Part shown: positions 1-9,439 of the stretch, piece by piece
Numbering within the stretch: position 1 is the first letter of the stretch
Layout of the letters: each line of letters begins with the position of its first letter
Origin: an uncultured Ignavibacteriales bacterium
GTDB lineage: Bacteria; Zixibacteria; MSB-5A5; GN15; FEB-12
Length of the DNA stretch: 64,000 nt
Assembly (NCBI GenBank): GCA_964464605.1
Contig: CAYXJN010000001.1
Location: 131,068 to 195,067, forward strand
Direction of reading: 5' to 3'
The notes under the pieces: generated by a model
The model's database searches: none
What the model was told of the DNA's origin: nothing
What the model saw: only the letters and a program-made list of their open reading frames with translations
Made by a program: the position numbers and the translations under genes

Positions 1-2
1 CA

Positions 3-185
3 TCCGGTGGCACGTATGAAGGAACCGTGATCTGGGCAGCGGATGAAGCCGAGTTCACACCCAAAAATGTGCAGACGCAAAAGTCTCGCGCAAATTTAGT
101 GTATGCGGTCAAGCTCTCAATTCCAAACAGTGATGGAAAACTAAAAATCGGCATGCCTGTTTATATCGCGATGAAACAACTATGA
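3..185 (+). CDS. HlyD/YbhG-family efflux adaptor, C-terminal fragment (5'-truncated by window edge)
   Basis: Frame from nt 3 reads ...GTYEGTVIWAADEAEFTPKNVQTQKSRANLVYAVKLSIPNSDGKLKIGMPV...; EFTPKNVQT is typical of YbhG-like adaptors; TGA at 183-185 overlaps the next ATG. Confidence 0.85.
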   Translation, partial: SGGTYEGTVIWAADEAEFTPKNVQTQKSRANLVYAVKLSIPNSDGKLKIGMPVYIAMKQL

Positions 186-1099
186 CCGCTGTTACAGTCG
201 ATACAGTCGCAAAATCATACGGCAAAGTCCGCGCGGTTGAACAGTTTTCCTTTTCGGTCAACAAAGGGGAAATTTACGCACTTGTCGGACCGGATGGCGC
301 TGGAAAAACAACGATTATGCGGGCAATGTGCGGGCTTTTGAAAATTGATTCCGGCTCAATTACTATTTTCAATAAAGATGTCGTTAAAGAATTTGAAGCG
401 ATCAAACCGCTACTCGGTTATATGCCGCAGAGTTTTTCTTTGTATCCGGATTTGAGCATTGAAGAAAACCTGTTGTTCTACGGCGGTATTTACGATGTGA
501 CGGGCGAGGAGTTCAAAACACAGCAGGAATATCTGTACGAATTTTCCAATTTGAAACCATTCGCCAAGCGTCGCGCGGAAGCGCTCTCAGGCGGCATGAA
601 ACAGAAACTCGCTCTTTCCTGCGCATTGATTCATAACCCGGACCTATTGGTTCTCGACGAACCAACGACCGGTGTCGATCCGCTTTCCCGTCGTCAGTTT
701 TGGGATATGCTGTTAAATCTGCGTGATCAGGGAGCAACGATTGTGGTAGCGACACCGTATATGGATGAAGTCGCAAAAGCAAATCGAGCCTCGTTTGTTT
801 TCGGTGGTCGCGTGATGGCTTCCGGAACACCCACGGAGTTAACACAATTGTTCAAGGGAACGGTATATGCAATGGAAGTCGCTGTTTCCCCCGAACAGCT
901 TGAATCGCTAAACAATATCTCCGGAATAACGGCGCGTCGCTTTGGCCGCCGGATTCATGTGTACGTACAGCCGCAGCATTCTATTTCAGAATATGCCTCC
1001 CCATTGCAGCAGGTCGGACTCCCCGTTTCGCAGTTACATCCAACCTCGCCGGATTTGGAGGATTGCTTTATTCAACTGATGGAGACAACGCATGCCTGA
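182..1099 (+). CDS. ABC transporter ATP-binding protein (YbhF-like, first ATPase)
   Basis: Walker A GPDGAGKT, signature LSGGMKQK, Walker B LLVLDEPT. Confidence 0.93.
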   Translation: MTAVTVDTVAKSYGKVRAVEQFSFSVNKGEIYALVGPDGAGKTTIMRAMCGLLKIDSGSITIFNKDVVKEFEAIKPLLGYMPQSFSLYPDLSIEENLLFYGGIYDVTGEEFKTQQEYLYEFSNLKPFAKRRAEALSGGMKQKLALSCALIHNPDLLVLDEPTTGVDPLSRRQFWDMLLNLRDQGATIVVATPYMDEVAKANRASFVFGGRVMASGTPTELTQLFKGTVYAMEVAVSPEQLESLNNISGITARRFGRRIHVYVQPQHSISEYASPLQQVGLPVSQLHPTSPDLEDCFIQLMETTHA

Positions 1100-1829
1100 G
1101 TTCGCGGTTGAAATCGAACGGCTGTCCCGTCATTTCGGAACATTCAAAGCAGTCGATGAGATTTCCCTTTCGGTGGCAACCGGTGAAGTGTTCGGATTTC
1201 TGGGTGCGAACGGCGCCGGAAAAACAACGGCGATTCGTATTTTGTGCGGACTTTTGGAGCCGACCTCAGGATCAGGCAGAGTGCTCGGGTTCGATGTCAA
1301 CACCGAGTCGGAAGCGATCAAGCGCAACATTGGCTACATGTCGCAGAAGTTTTCGTTGTATCACGATTTAACCGGTCGTGAGAACCTTCGGTTCTTTGGT
1401 TCGGTCTATAATTTAGCTGATGACATACTCAAAGTGCGAATTGATGAACTCACGACAGAACTTAATCTTGCCGATTTTCTTGATCGCCGCACCGGGTCAC
1501 TTCCGGTTGGCTGGCGTCAGCGAATTGCGTTGTCGGCATCGCTCTTGCATCGACCGAAGATGCTTTTCTTAGATGAACCAACCGGCGGTGTCGATCCGGT
1601 GTTCCGCAAGCAGTTTTGGGATATGCTGTATAAACTCGCTGCCGGCGGCATAACGATATTTGTCACCACGCACTATATGGATGAAGCGGAGTATTGTGAC
1701 CGGATTTCGATCATGCATCGCGGACGGATTGTTGAACTCGGTGCGCCGACGGAAATCGTGAAACGTCATGGCCAGTCGAATTTAGAAGACACGTTTATCT
1801 CTTTAATTCAGGACACGAGCGCCGCATGA
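1092..1829 (+). CDS. ABC transporter ATP-binding protein (second ATPase)
   Basis: Walker A GANGAGKT, LPVGWRQR signature variant, LFLDEPT, TTHYMDEAE. Confidence 0.93.
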   Translation: MPEFAVEIERLSRHFGTFKAVDEISLSVATGEVFGFLGANGAGKTTAIRILCGLLEPTSGSGRVLGFDVNTESEAIKRNIGYMSQKFSLYHDLTGRENLRFFGSVYNLADDILKVRIDELTTELNLADFLDRRTGSLPVGWRQRIALSASLLHRPKMLFLDEPTGGVDPVFRKQFWDMLYKLAAGGITIFVTTHYMDEAEYCDRISIMHRGRIVELGAPTEIVKRHGQSNLEDTFISLIQDTSAA

Positions 1830-2932
1830 AAAAAATTCTGTTTATCGCCCGTAAAGAGGTGTTTCACATCCTGCGCGATGCCCGTTCGCTGGCGATCGTT
1901 TTAGCCATGCCGATTTTGATGACGCTGTTGTATGGTTACGCCATTAACATGGATTTAAATAATGTCACGTTGGCTGTTCGCGACTACGATAACAGCGCAG
2001 AGTCACGGCGGCTGGTTAACCACTTTCTTGAATCGAATTATTTTAGTCCGGCCAAAGATGAAATCAGCCATCCTGACCCGGAAGAATTCTTGCGCGCTAA
2101 TCTTGCACAGGCAGTATTGATTATCGAACCCGGATTCGGAAAAGAACTCACGCGCGGCACGGCAACTACGGTTGGGATATTAATTGACGGCTCGGATAAC
2201 AATGTCGCTTCCGCGGTACAAAATTACGCAGCTGCCGTTATCGGGCAATTCAATCGGGAACAGATTCCGGTCGGCGTAACAATACCGGCGATCAATTTTT
2301 CCGTGCAGACATTTTACAATCCTGATTTGGAATCATCCTATTTCTTCGTACCGGGATTAGTTGCGATTATTTTGATCATGGTGTCAGCTTTGTTAACATC
2401 CGTAACTATCGCGCGCGAAAAAGAAACCGGAACGATGGAGCAATTGCTCACCGCGCCGGTCAGCCCGCTTCAGATTTTAACGGGTAAAATTGTCCCGTAT
2501 ATTTTTGTCGCGCTGATCGACGGATTGATAGTGCTGGTGTTCGCCAAATTGATGTTCGATGTACCGATTGTCGGATCGCATCTTCTCCTGTTCGGATTGG
2601 GGATGTTGTACATTTTGACCGCACTTTCTCTCGGTATCATGGTATCGACGATGGTGGCAACGCAGCAGGTAGCGATGATGCTTGCGATTACGATGACCGT
2701 GCTTCCTTCCATCATGCTTTCCGGATTCGTGTTTGCGATAAAAAACTTCCCGCTTCCGCTGCAGATAATTTCGAATATTGTCCCGGCTAAATATTTTGTT
2801 GCGATCATTCGCGGCATCATGCTTAAAGGAGCCGGAATTACCGATCTGGCGCAGTATGGATTAGGACTCTTGATTATCACGCTGGTTCTGGCAACAATTT
2901 CTATTCGCCGCTTCAAGGTGAAGTTAGGATAG
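1826..2932 (+). CDS. ABC-2 type permease (YbhS-like)
   Basis: N-terminal TM, periplasmic loop, YNP..S..FFVPG, AREKETGTMEQLL motif, multiple C-terminal TMs. Confidence 0.9.
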   Translation: MKKILFIARKEVFHILRDARSLAIVLAMPILMTLLYGYAINMDLNNVTLAVRDYDNSAESRRLVNHFLESNYFSPAKDEISHPDPEEFLRANLAQAVLIIEPGFGKELTRGTATTVGILIDGSDNNVASAVQNYAAAVIGQFNREQIPVGVTIPAINFSVQTFYNPDLESSYFFVPGLVAIILIMVSALLTSVTIAREKETGTMEQLLTAPVSPLQILTGKIVPYIFVALIDGLIVLVFAKLMFDVPIVGSHLLLFGLGMLYILTALSLGIMVSTMVATQQVAMMLAITMTVLPSIMLSGFVFAIKNFPLPLQIISNIVPAKYFVAIIRGIMLKGAGITDLAQYGLGLLIITLVLATISIRRFKVKLG

Positions 2933-2933
2933 T

Positions 2934-4031
2934 ATGAACCGCCCGTTAATAGGCATGATTCGTAAAGAATTTATTCAGGTCTTTCGTGACCGGAACATGA
3001 TCCGCCTGATTTTTGTCGTACCGATAATACAGCTGTTTCTGTTCGGATATGTCGTCAACACCGATGTAAAAAAACTCGCGCTTGATGTCTATGATTTCGA
3101 TCAGAGCCAGATGTCCCGCGAACTGGTTGAAACGATGAAAACCGGAGACTACTTTATTCCCTGTCAGGTTGCTGAACCGATCTATGATATCGAGCATGCC
3201 TTTCGCGACGGCGACGCCGAACTTGCCTTAATCATTCCTTCCGATTTTTCAAAACAATTGGAAACAAGAAATCCAGTAACTATCGGTGTTATTGCAGATG
3301 GCAGTAATTCGAATTCGAGCGCGATTGGACAGGGGTATATCCGCCGCGCGGTGCAGCGGTTCAGCGAAGCCCACGCCAATGTTACGCCGCCGGTCAGTTT
3401 GCGAAATTCGGTGCTCTATAATCCGGAAGGGGAATCGGTGTATTTCATGGTACCCGGTATTGTCGCGACGCTGTTGACGATGATTACGATAATGCTGACC
3501 TCCATGGCGATTGTCCGCGAGCGGGAACAGGGAACGCTCGAACAGTTGATGGTAACACCGATCACTAAAGGAACGCTGCTGGCCGGAAAGCTGATTCCGT
3601 TCGCTATTCTCGGTATTCTGGTTATGAGTATTGCCCTAACGCTCGGTATTCTCTGGTTCAAAATTCCGTTTGCCGGGTCACCGCTCTTTCTATTTTTGAT
3701 GGCCGGGCTGTTTTTACTCACGACACTGGGAATCGGGTTGCTGATTTCCACGCTGACGAAAACGCAGCAGCAGGCGATGTTTTTTGCCTGGTTTTTTTCG
3801 ATATTTACGATGCTTACTTCCGGGCTGTTTACTCCAATTGCCAATATGCCCCACTGGCTGCAAACGCTCACGTATATCAACCCGATGCGGTATTTTATCG
3901 AGGCGGTGCGCGGGATTATGATGAAAGGAGCCGGCCCGCTTGATATGCTTTCGGATATTATTCCATTGGCTATATTAGGGCCGACAATTTTTACCTTAGC
4001 GGTTTTCCGCTTCCATAAACGAAACGAATAG
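2934..4031 (+). CDS. ABC-2 type permease (YbhR-like)
   Basis: YNP...YFMVPG, VREREQGTLEQL motif, multiple TMs; paralog of the upstream permease. Confidence 0.9.
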   Translation: MNRPLIGMIRKEFIQVFRDRNMIRLIFVVPIIQLFLFGYVVNTDVKKLALDVYDFDQSQMSRELVETMKTGDYFIPCQVAEPIYDIEHAFRDGDAELALIIPSDFSKQLETRNPVTIGVIADGSNSNSSAIGQGYIRRAVQRFSEAHANVTPPVSLRNSVLYNPEGESVYFMVPGIVATLLTMITIMLTSMAIVREREQGTLEQLMVTPITKGTLLAGKLIPFAILGILVMSIALTLGILWFKIPFAGSPLFLFLMAGLFLLTTLGIGLLISTLTKTQQQAMFFAWFFSIFTMLTSGLFTPIANMPHWLQTLTYINPMRYFIEAVRGIMMKGAGPLDMLSDIIPLAILGPTIFTLAVFRFHKRNE

Positions 4032-4033
4032 TT

Positions 4034-4927
4034 ATGCGCGTACTTATTACTGGTTCATCCGGCCTGCTGGGCACAGCCTTACAGAATCTCCTTATCGAAC
4101 GGAGTCATATTGTCGCGCGTTTAGTGCGCGCCAAAAGCAGCGATACAGGCAATCTGTATTGGGATCCGGAAGCCGGTGTGCTGGATGCCGCGCAGTTGGA
4201 AGGGTTCGATGCGATCGTGCATTTGGCCGGGCACACACCGGGCGCCGGGCGAATGACCGCAAAGAAAAAAGGAAAGATTTTCCATAGCCGTATCGACAGC
4301 ACCCGTTTGCTGTGTGAAAAGATACTGACATTGCAGCATCCACCTAAAGTTTTTGTTTGTGCCTCAGGAATCGGTTACTACGGCAACCGTCCCGGCGAGT
4401 TATTGACTGAAACGAGCAGTTCCGGTTCTGATTTTCTTGCCGAGGTTTGTCAGCAATGGGAGGCGGAAACACAAAAACTAGCGAAACGACCCGAAATCCG
4501 AATCGTAAATATGCGAATTGGGTTTGTGCTTTCTCCAAAAGGAGGTGGACTGGCGAAGATGCTCCCTGCATTCAAACTCGGTATCGCCGGAAAGCTGGGA
4601 AACGGGAAACAGTATATGAGCTGGATTTCGCTTGAAGATACCGCCCGCGCGATGCTGCATATTTTATCGACCAATTCGCTCAGCGGGCCGGTTAACATCG
4701 TCGCACCGCACCCGGTAACCAATGAAGAATTCACGAAAACTTTGGGGAACGTAATCCATCGCCCGACTGTTATTCCTGTTCCCGCATTCCTGCTGCGGTT
4801 GCTGTTTGGTGAAGGCGCAGATATGTTAGTGTTGTGCAGTCAGGAAGTAAAACCGGCAAAATTGCAGCAATCCGGATTTGTTTTTTCCCATCCGAATCTC
4901 CCTGCCGCGCTTAAAGCTGTCCTATAA
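4034..4927 (+). CDS. TIGR01777/YfcH-family NAD-dependent epimerase-like oxidoreductase
   Basis: ITGSSGLLG Rossmann motif, ASGIGYYG, GNGKQYMSWI, GPVN..AP.PVTNEEF. Confidence 0.9.
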   Translation: MRVLITGSSGLLGTALQNLLIERSHIVARLVRAKSSDTGNLYWDPEAGVLDAAQLEGFDAIVHLAGHTPGAGRMTAKKKGKIFHSRIDSTRLLCEKILTLQHPPKVFVCASGIGYYGNRPGELLTETSSSGSDFLAEVCQQWEAETQKLAKRPEIRIVNMRIGFVLSPKGGGLAKMLPAFKLGIAGKLGNGKQYMSWISLEDTARAMLHILSTNSLSGPVNIVAPHPVTNEEFTKTLGNVIHRPTVIPVPAFLLRLLFGEGADMLVLCSQEVKPAKLQQSGFVFSHPNLPAALKAVL

Positions 4928-4936
4928 GTAGTGACG

Positions 4937-6142
4937 CTACCTTCTTTTTTTAATTGGGCTTTCTTTCAGTAAAAGCAAAAGCAGAAACGGTAGAAGAAGT
5001 ATGAAATACTTCTCCCAATGGAGATAGGAAAATGGCATTACAAGTAAAAAGCAAACCAGCGATAGAATAAGAAGCATATCGACGCCATTCGCTTTTTCTT
5101 TCCGCAGTTTCCAAAATAATGCTAAAAAGTGTACGAAAACGACTAAGCCGATAAGAAAGCAGAAGTAAAAAATACCATTAATAACTAATGGATTATCGAA
5201 CACGTAACGAAGTAAGCGATGAAACAGACCAACCGTTTCGATATCGACATTTGCGGCGGCCTGCGATGCCCGTATCGGCGCGAGCAAATAAATCGACGAC
5301 ATGAGAATTGCAATAAGCCATACGGTTTTATTCAGAAATACATTTTTTCTTCGAACCAGCAACACCGGAAACAGATAGATGGTAATACAACTGAGATACA
5401 ACACCGCTGATGACAGATGATAACTTAGTGCTGTATCTAAATAGAGTGTTCGCATCGTATTATCAGGCACTATCCCCTGCCAGTAGGCAAAAAGAAATGT
5501 TAACGGCAGACAGGACAGAATAACTACTAAGAGTGTGCGCAAACTCGCGGGACGTTTTGCCCAGATATATTCAAGAATATAAAACAGCATCAATGCAGCG
5601 ATAAAGAAAACCGAATACTGCCGACTCAGCAGCGCAATCACACAGCCGATTCCAAGCCACCACTCATTTCGTTTGATTCCCTCCCACAATGCTAACAATA
5701 ATCCAATAATGGCAAACAGATCGGTGTAGACATACATGGTAAACCCGATCAAATACGGTTGAAAAAGAAATAACAGATACGCAAAAAAAATAGTGCGTGA
5801 TTGAACGAGTAATTGCTTTGCAATTGCAAAAAATAATAATGCGGCTGCAAATCCGAGTAATAACGAAAACAAACGCAGCGTCGCTGCTTCCAGACCAAAC
5901 AGTTTTCCCCACAACGCATAGAGTACAAACGGCAACGGCGTGGACATTTCATTGTAGGTACGAAGCGTTTCGCGGGAATAGTTTTGCGCAAACTGCGTGA
6001 TAGTCGCGATAAAATGTCCCTCATCCCCGTAAATCGGGCGATTCAATCCTGAAAACAGAATTATTCCGCTATGCAAAATCACGAAAATGCTTATCGCAAT
6101 AACCCAGGGATACCGCTCTACCCAATGTGAAAATCTAATCAT
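4937..6142 (-). CDS. Polytopic membrane glycosyltransferase, GT-C fold
   Basis: About 11 TM segments; GDE motif in the first loop, YTD and RQ motifs typical of lipid-linked-sugar GT-C enzymes. Confidence 0.65.
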   Translation of the reverse strand: MIRFSHWVERYPWVIAISIFVILHSGIILFSGLNRPIYGDEGHFIATITQFAQNYSRETLRTYNEMSTPLPFVLYALWGKLFGLEAATLRLFSLLLGFAAALLFFAIAKQLLVQSRTIFFAYLLFLFQPYLIGFTMYVYTDLFAIIGLLLALWEGIKRNEWWLGIGCVIALLSRQYSVFFIAALMLFYILEYIWAKRPASLRTLLVVILSCLPLTFLFAYWQGIVPDNTMRTLYLDTALSYHLSSAVLYLSCITIYLFPVLLVRRKNVFLNKTVWLIAILMSSIYLLAPIRASQAAANVDIETVGLFHRLLRYVFDNPLVINGIFYFCFLIGLVVFVHFLALFWKLRKEKANGVDMLLILSLVCFLLVMPFSYLHWEKYFILLLPFLLLLLLKESPIKKRR

Positions 6143-6187
6143 GTGTGAAAAGTAACAGTTGTTTGTTTGGAAAAGGAGATAATGTTA

Positions 6188-8068
6188 TCAGGCGAAAATC
6201 AGCAGACGACAGTTAGCCGGTAAACGGCGCACAAGTCCTTTGAGTACATGACCGCGGAAAATATGGTACAACCGGCTGCGCTGCCCGGCTCCGACCATCA
6301 CGGTATCAACTTTCAACACTCCCGCCGCACGGGCAATCCCTTCGGCCGCATCGTACGAAACAGTCCACACAGGAATCGCGATAAAATTCAATCGGGTCGC
6401 TTCTGCAACGGCGAATCGGAGCGCATCCAGTCCGTTATCATACGGACGATCCGCTTCATCACCGACAAACAATCCGGGTCGCTCTTCAACGAACACAACA
6501 TAAATCGCATTGCCGCCCAAACCCTTTTCCCGCGCGATGGCTTCATCGATCAAACGAGGATTTTTGCCGAGTGTTGCAACCATCGTATGCGATGAATACA
6601 ACGGCAATAATGCTTCAGCACTGCGAAGGGAAACTAATTCATCGAATTCTTCGGACGCTCGATCAAGCTTTGAAATAGTACGCTGCGCGTGGCGCGCCAT
6701 GAACGGAATCTTGAAAAACTGCTCCCGATACCAGCCGGATTTGTGCGGCAGCGCAATTCCCATCCCCAAAAGCACAATCGCTCCGCCAAAATAGGTCGCC
6801 AGATGTTTGGTCACCAAGTTTACCGACCATGCTACCAAAAGAACGGCAGTGGTTAGCACGCCGATCCAGAATACCCAGTCCCGTTTTTTCTCCCGCCAAC
6901 GGATAACATCCAGCCCGAGCGATGACAACACAAACGCACCCAACAATCCGAATGCGTACATCTCGCCCAACAGCACCAGATCACCATGCACGAAATAGAT
7001 AACGATAATCGGCACAACTGTCGCCAGAATGATGGCGTAATGCGGCGTACCAAACACCTGGTTGCGCTCGGTCAATTTGCCGGGGAAAAACCCACCTTTT
7101 GAAAGGGCGAGAAAGACATGGTAGCCGCCAATAGTCGCGGTGTTGGCGGCAAATAATAACAGCGATGAGGCAGAAAGCACGACCGCGAGTTTTATCGGAA
7201 ATCCCCCCATCATAAACCCGAGTTCAGAAATAAACCGCTCCGCATCAGCCGATTTTGTCGCTTCAGGTAATAGCGCAATACTGAATAACGTAAGAAATGG
7301 CGAGGTTAGCACCATCGTAACGATAACATACCACATCCCGCGCGATGCGGTTTTGCGGATCGGCTGTTTCATGGCAGGACTTAACTGACTGATACTCTCA
7401 AGCCCGGAGAATGCCAGCCATGCTCCGGCAAAGCCGACCAAAACAGTCGATAGCGGAAGTTCGGCGTCAAAACGAACATGATTCCAAAGCTGCGCGATGG
7501 CATCCGCATCCAGATGCATATACGTCATACCGATAACGACAAGATTAACGCCAAACGAAGCGACCGCCATTATCAATGAAACATAGGCGCTTTCCCGAAT
7601 ACCGATAATGTTGATAATGGCAAGGAAGATCAAAAACAGCATCGCCACCAAAACAAGGTTCTGCTCGATTGAAACGAAGATACTTCCCAAATAGTGAATA
7701 CCGGATACGGTCGAAATCGCAGATGTCAAAAAGTAATCGACAATAATCAGCATGCCGCCGAGCGCACCCCAATTGGGCGTGAAGGCTTTGGTGGTAACAC
7801 TGACCACGCCCCCTCCTTCCGGATTACGCCAGCAGATTTCGACATATTTGGAGGCTAACAGAATAAATCCGATAGTGGTCGCAAAGACCATCAACGGCGT
7901 CAGATTTCCGATTTGGTGATACAGAATCCCCGGTACGTAATAAATCGAAGTGCCGATATCACAGAATACGACAGCCCACACCAACAGCGGCCATAGCTGA
8001 CCGGGCGGTGCGTCTTTTCCTCCCCGCTCCTGTTCGGCCTCGATTCCTTCGGGTACCGGTTCGCTCAT
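6188..8068 (-). CDS. APC/KUP-superfamily (KimA-like) putative K+/H+ symporter with C-terminal USP-like domain
   Basis: TM1 VVFCDIGTSIYY resembles the KUP motif GDIGTSPLY; IVDYFLTSAIS and FSGLESISQ match KimA acidic motifs; about 12 TMs; C-terminus AAEGIARAA...DTVMVG...RGHVLKGL is USP-like. Confidence 0.8.
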   Translation of the reverse strand: MSEPVPEGIEAEQERGGKDAPPGQLWPLLVWAVVFCDIGTSIYYVPGILYHQIGNLTPLMVFATTIGFILLASKYVEICWRNPEGGGVVSVTTKAFTPNWGALGGMLIIVDYFLTSAISTVSGIHYLGSIFVSIEQNLVLVAMLFLIFLAIINIIGIRESAYVSLIMAVASFGVNLVVIGMTYMHLDADAIAQLWNHVRFDAELPLSTVLVGFAGAWLAFSGLESISQLSPAMKQPIRKTASRGMWYVIVTMVLTSPFLTLFSIALLPEATKSADAERFISELGFMMGGFPIKLAVVLSASSLLLFAANTATIGGYHVFLALSKGGFFPGKLTERNQVFGTPHYAIILATVVPIIVIYFVHGDLVLLGEMYAFGLLGAFVLSSLGLDVIRWREKKRDWVFWIGVLTTAVLLVAWSVNLVTKHLATYFGGAIVLLGMGIALPHKSGWYREQFFKIPFMARHAQRTISKLDRASEEFDELVSLRSAEALLPLYSSHTMVATLGKNPRLIDEAIAREKGLGGNAIYVVFVEERPGLFVGDEADRPYDNGLDALRFAVAEATRLNFIAIPVWTVSYDAAEGIARAAGVLKVDTVMVGAGQRSRLYHIFRGHVLKGLVRRLPANCRLLIFA

Positions 8069-8073
8069 GGATA

Positions 8074-8769
8074 TTAGGGATTAATTAATGTAGGAAGTCC
8101 GGGTTCTGATGCGCGAAACAGTGTAATCGCTGCATCCGGGGCTATTTTTACTTCCAGTCGTTTCAAACCAAACGGAATTTTGAGCATCTGCCCAAGTTCG
8201 ACCAGCGTATTTTTCAAACTCGATTCCGGCTGCGCGGAAACATCGGTAACACAATCCAAAACAAATCCACCTTCCCACGTGAGCTGAAAGCGGGCTGGGA
8301 CAATGCGCTGGAGTAATTCCGGGCTTACTTTGGATGCTTCCGAAACGATTTTCAAAATGGAATCAGGCGTCTGCTTTTTTCCGGCGAACAGATGCTTGTC
8401 TTCAAGCGTTCGGACGACGCCGTTGCCGTCATCAAAAAAGCTTTCTCCAAAATCACGAATCGACGAAGTATCATTGTTTTCGGATTTGAGTGGATAGCTC
8501 CAAACCGGCACCGCCTTCAGGCGAAGCTCAAGTTCCATCTTTTTGAGATTGATAACCAGATACGCTTTTTCCGTGGCCGCAAGTTTAAGTTCTGCACGAA
8601 TGATTTGATAGCTTTGCTCGGCCTGCGCGGAATCCCAGGGCGTGGTTTGGGCCGTCGGTTTCGATTTTTGATTGGTATTTGTTTTGGCAGGTTTCTTGGT
8701 TTGCGCGAACGCAGCAGTCGAAAACCCGGCAAGAAACAGCAAGAGCAATAACGATATCGTACGTTTCAT
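8074..8769 (-). CDS. Secreted L,D-transpeptidase-like protein apparently lacking catalytic His/Cys
   Basis: Signal peptide ending AAFA; YLVINLKKMELELRL N-terminal strands and C-terminal DAAITLFRASEPGLPTLI resemble the YkuD fold; no HG...GC motif. Confidence 0.55.
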   Translation of the reverse strand: MKRTISLLLLLFLAGFSTAAFAQTKKPAKTNTNQKSKPTAQTTPWDSAQAEQSYQIIRAELKLAATEKAYLVINLKKMELELRLKAVPVWSYPLKSENNDTSSIRDFGESFFDDGNGVVRTLEDKHLFAGKKQTPDSILKIVSEASKVSPELLQRIVPARFQLTWEGGFVLDCVTDVSAQPESSLKNTLVELGQMLKIPFGLKRLEVKIAPDAAITLFRASEPGLPTLINP

Positions 8770-8773
8770 AGCA

Positions 8774-9439
8774 TTACAGAATGTATACGTATTCCCCTAT
8801 GCGAACCCGCGTGTATAACTTTTTCAAATCTTCCGATCCGACACGAACGCACCCATGCGTAACATTCACACCCAACAAACGTTCGTAAATAGTGCCATGA
8901 ATGAAATATCCGTCATCGCCGAACCCAATCGCGTAGTCACCCATCACGTGCGGGTCGAGCCGTTCGCTTGGGTCTTTCGGAATCTCCTCGCCATCTTCAA
9001 TAAACGCCCAGTCCGGTTTACGCCACCACGGTTCATTTAATTTTGTTTTGATCTTAAATACGCCGCGCGGTGTGTTGAAAATCCATTTTTGTCCGGTGGC
9101 GGAATCAACTAATTCACCGCCCGACCCGGTCGATGCACCAGCTTCCAGTAAAACCGAATCCTGGGTACGGAGAATGACTTTGTTGCGGTGGCAATCCACG
9201 ACAACATACTGCTCCTTTGGCATCAGTTTAGTCAGCTCTTTTTTCGCCTTGGTCAAAAGAGCCTGAGCCTCTTTTTGACCGGCCGGAAGGTGCTCCGGTA
9301 AAGTGATAGCCGGAACTTTTGCCGTTGGTCCTTCTGCGTCCACAGCTACCTGCTGCGGTTCGGAACCGGAAAAGAAATAGACAGCCGCCACCGTGAGCAC
9401 CACGAAAGCGCTGATAATAATAACCGTCATTCGTTTCAT
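8774..9439 (-). CDS. L,D-transpeptidase (YkuD; ErfK/YbiS-like), N-terminal membrane anchor
   Basis: TPRGVFKI, PWWRKPDW, catalytic IHGT...THGCVRV. Confidence 0.92.
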   Translation of the reverse strand: MKRMTVIIISAFVVLTVAAVYFFSGSEPQQVAVDAEGPTAKVPAITLPEHLPAGQKEAQALLTKAKKELTKLMPKEQYVVVDCHRNKVILRTQDSVLLEAGASTGSGGELVDSATGQKWIFNTPRGVFKIKTKLNEPWWRKPDWAFIEDGEEIPKDPSERLDPHVMGDYAIGFGDDGYFIHGTIYERLLGVNVTHGCVRVGSEDLKKLYTRVRIGEYVYIL

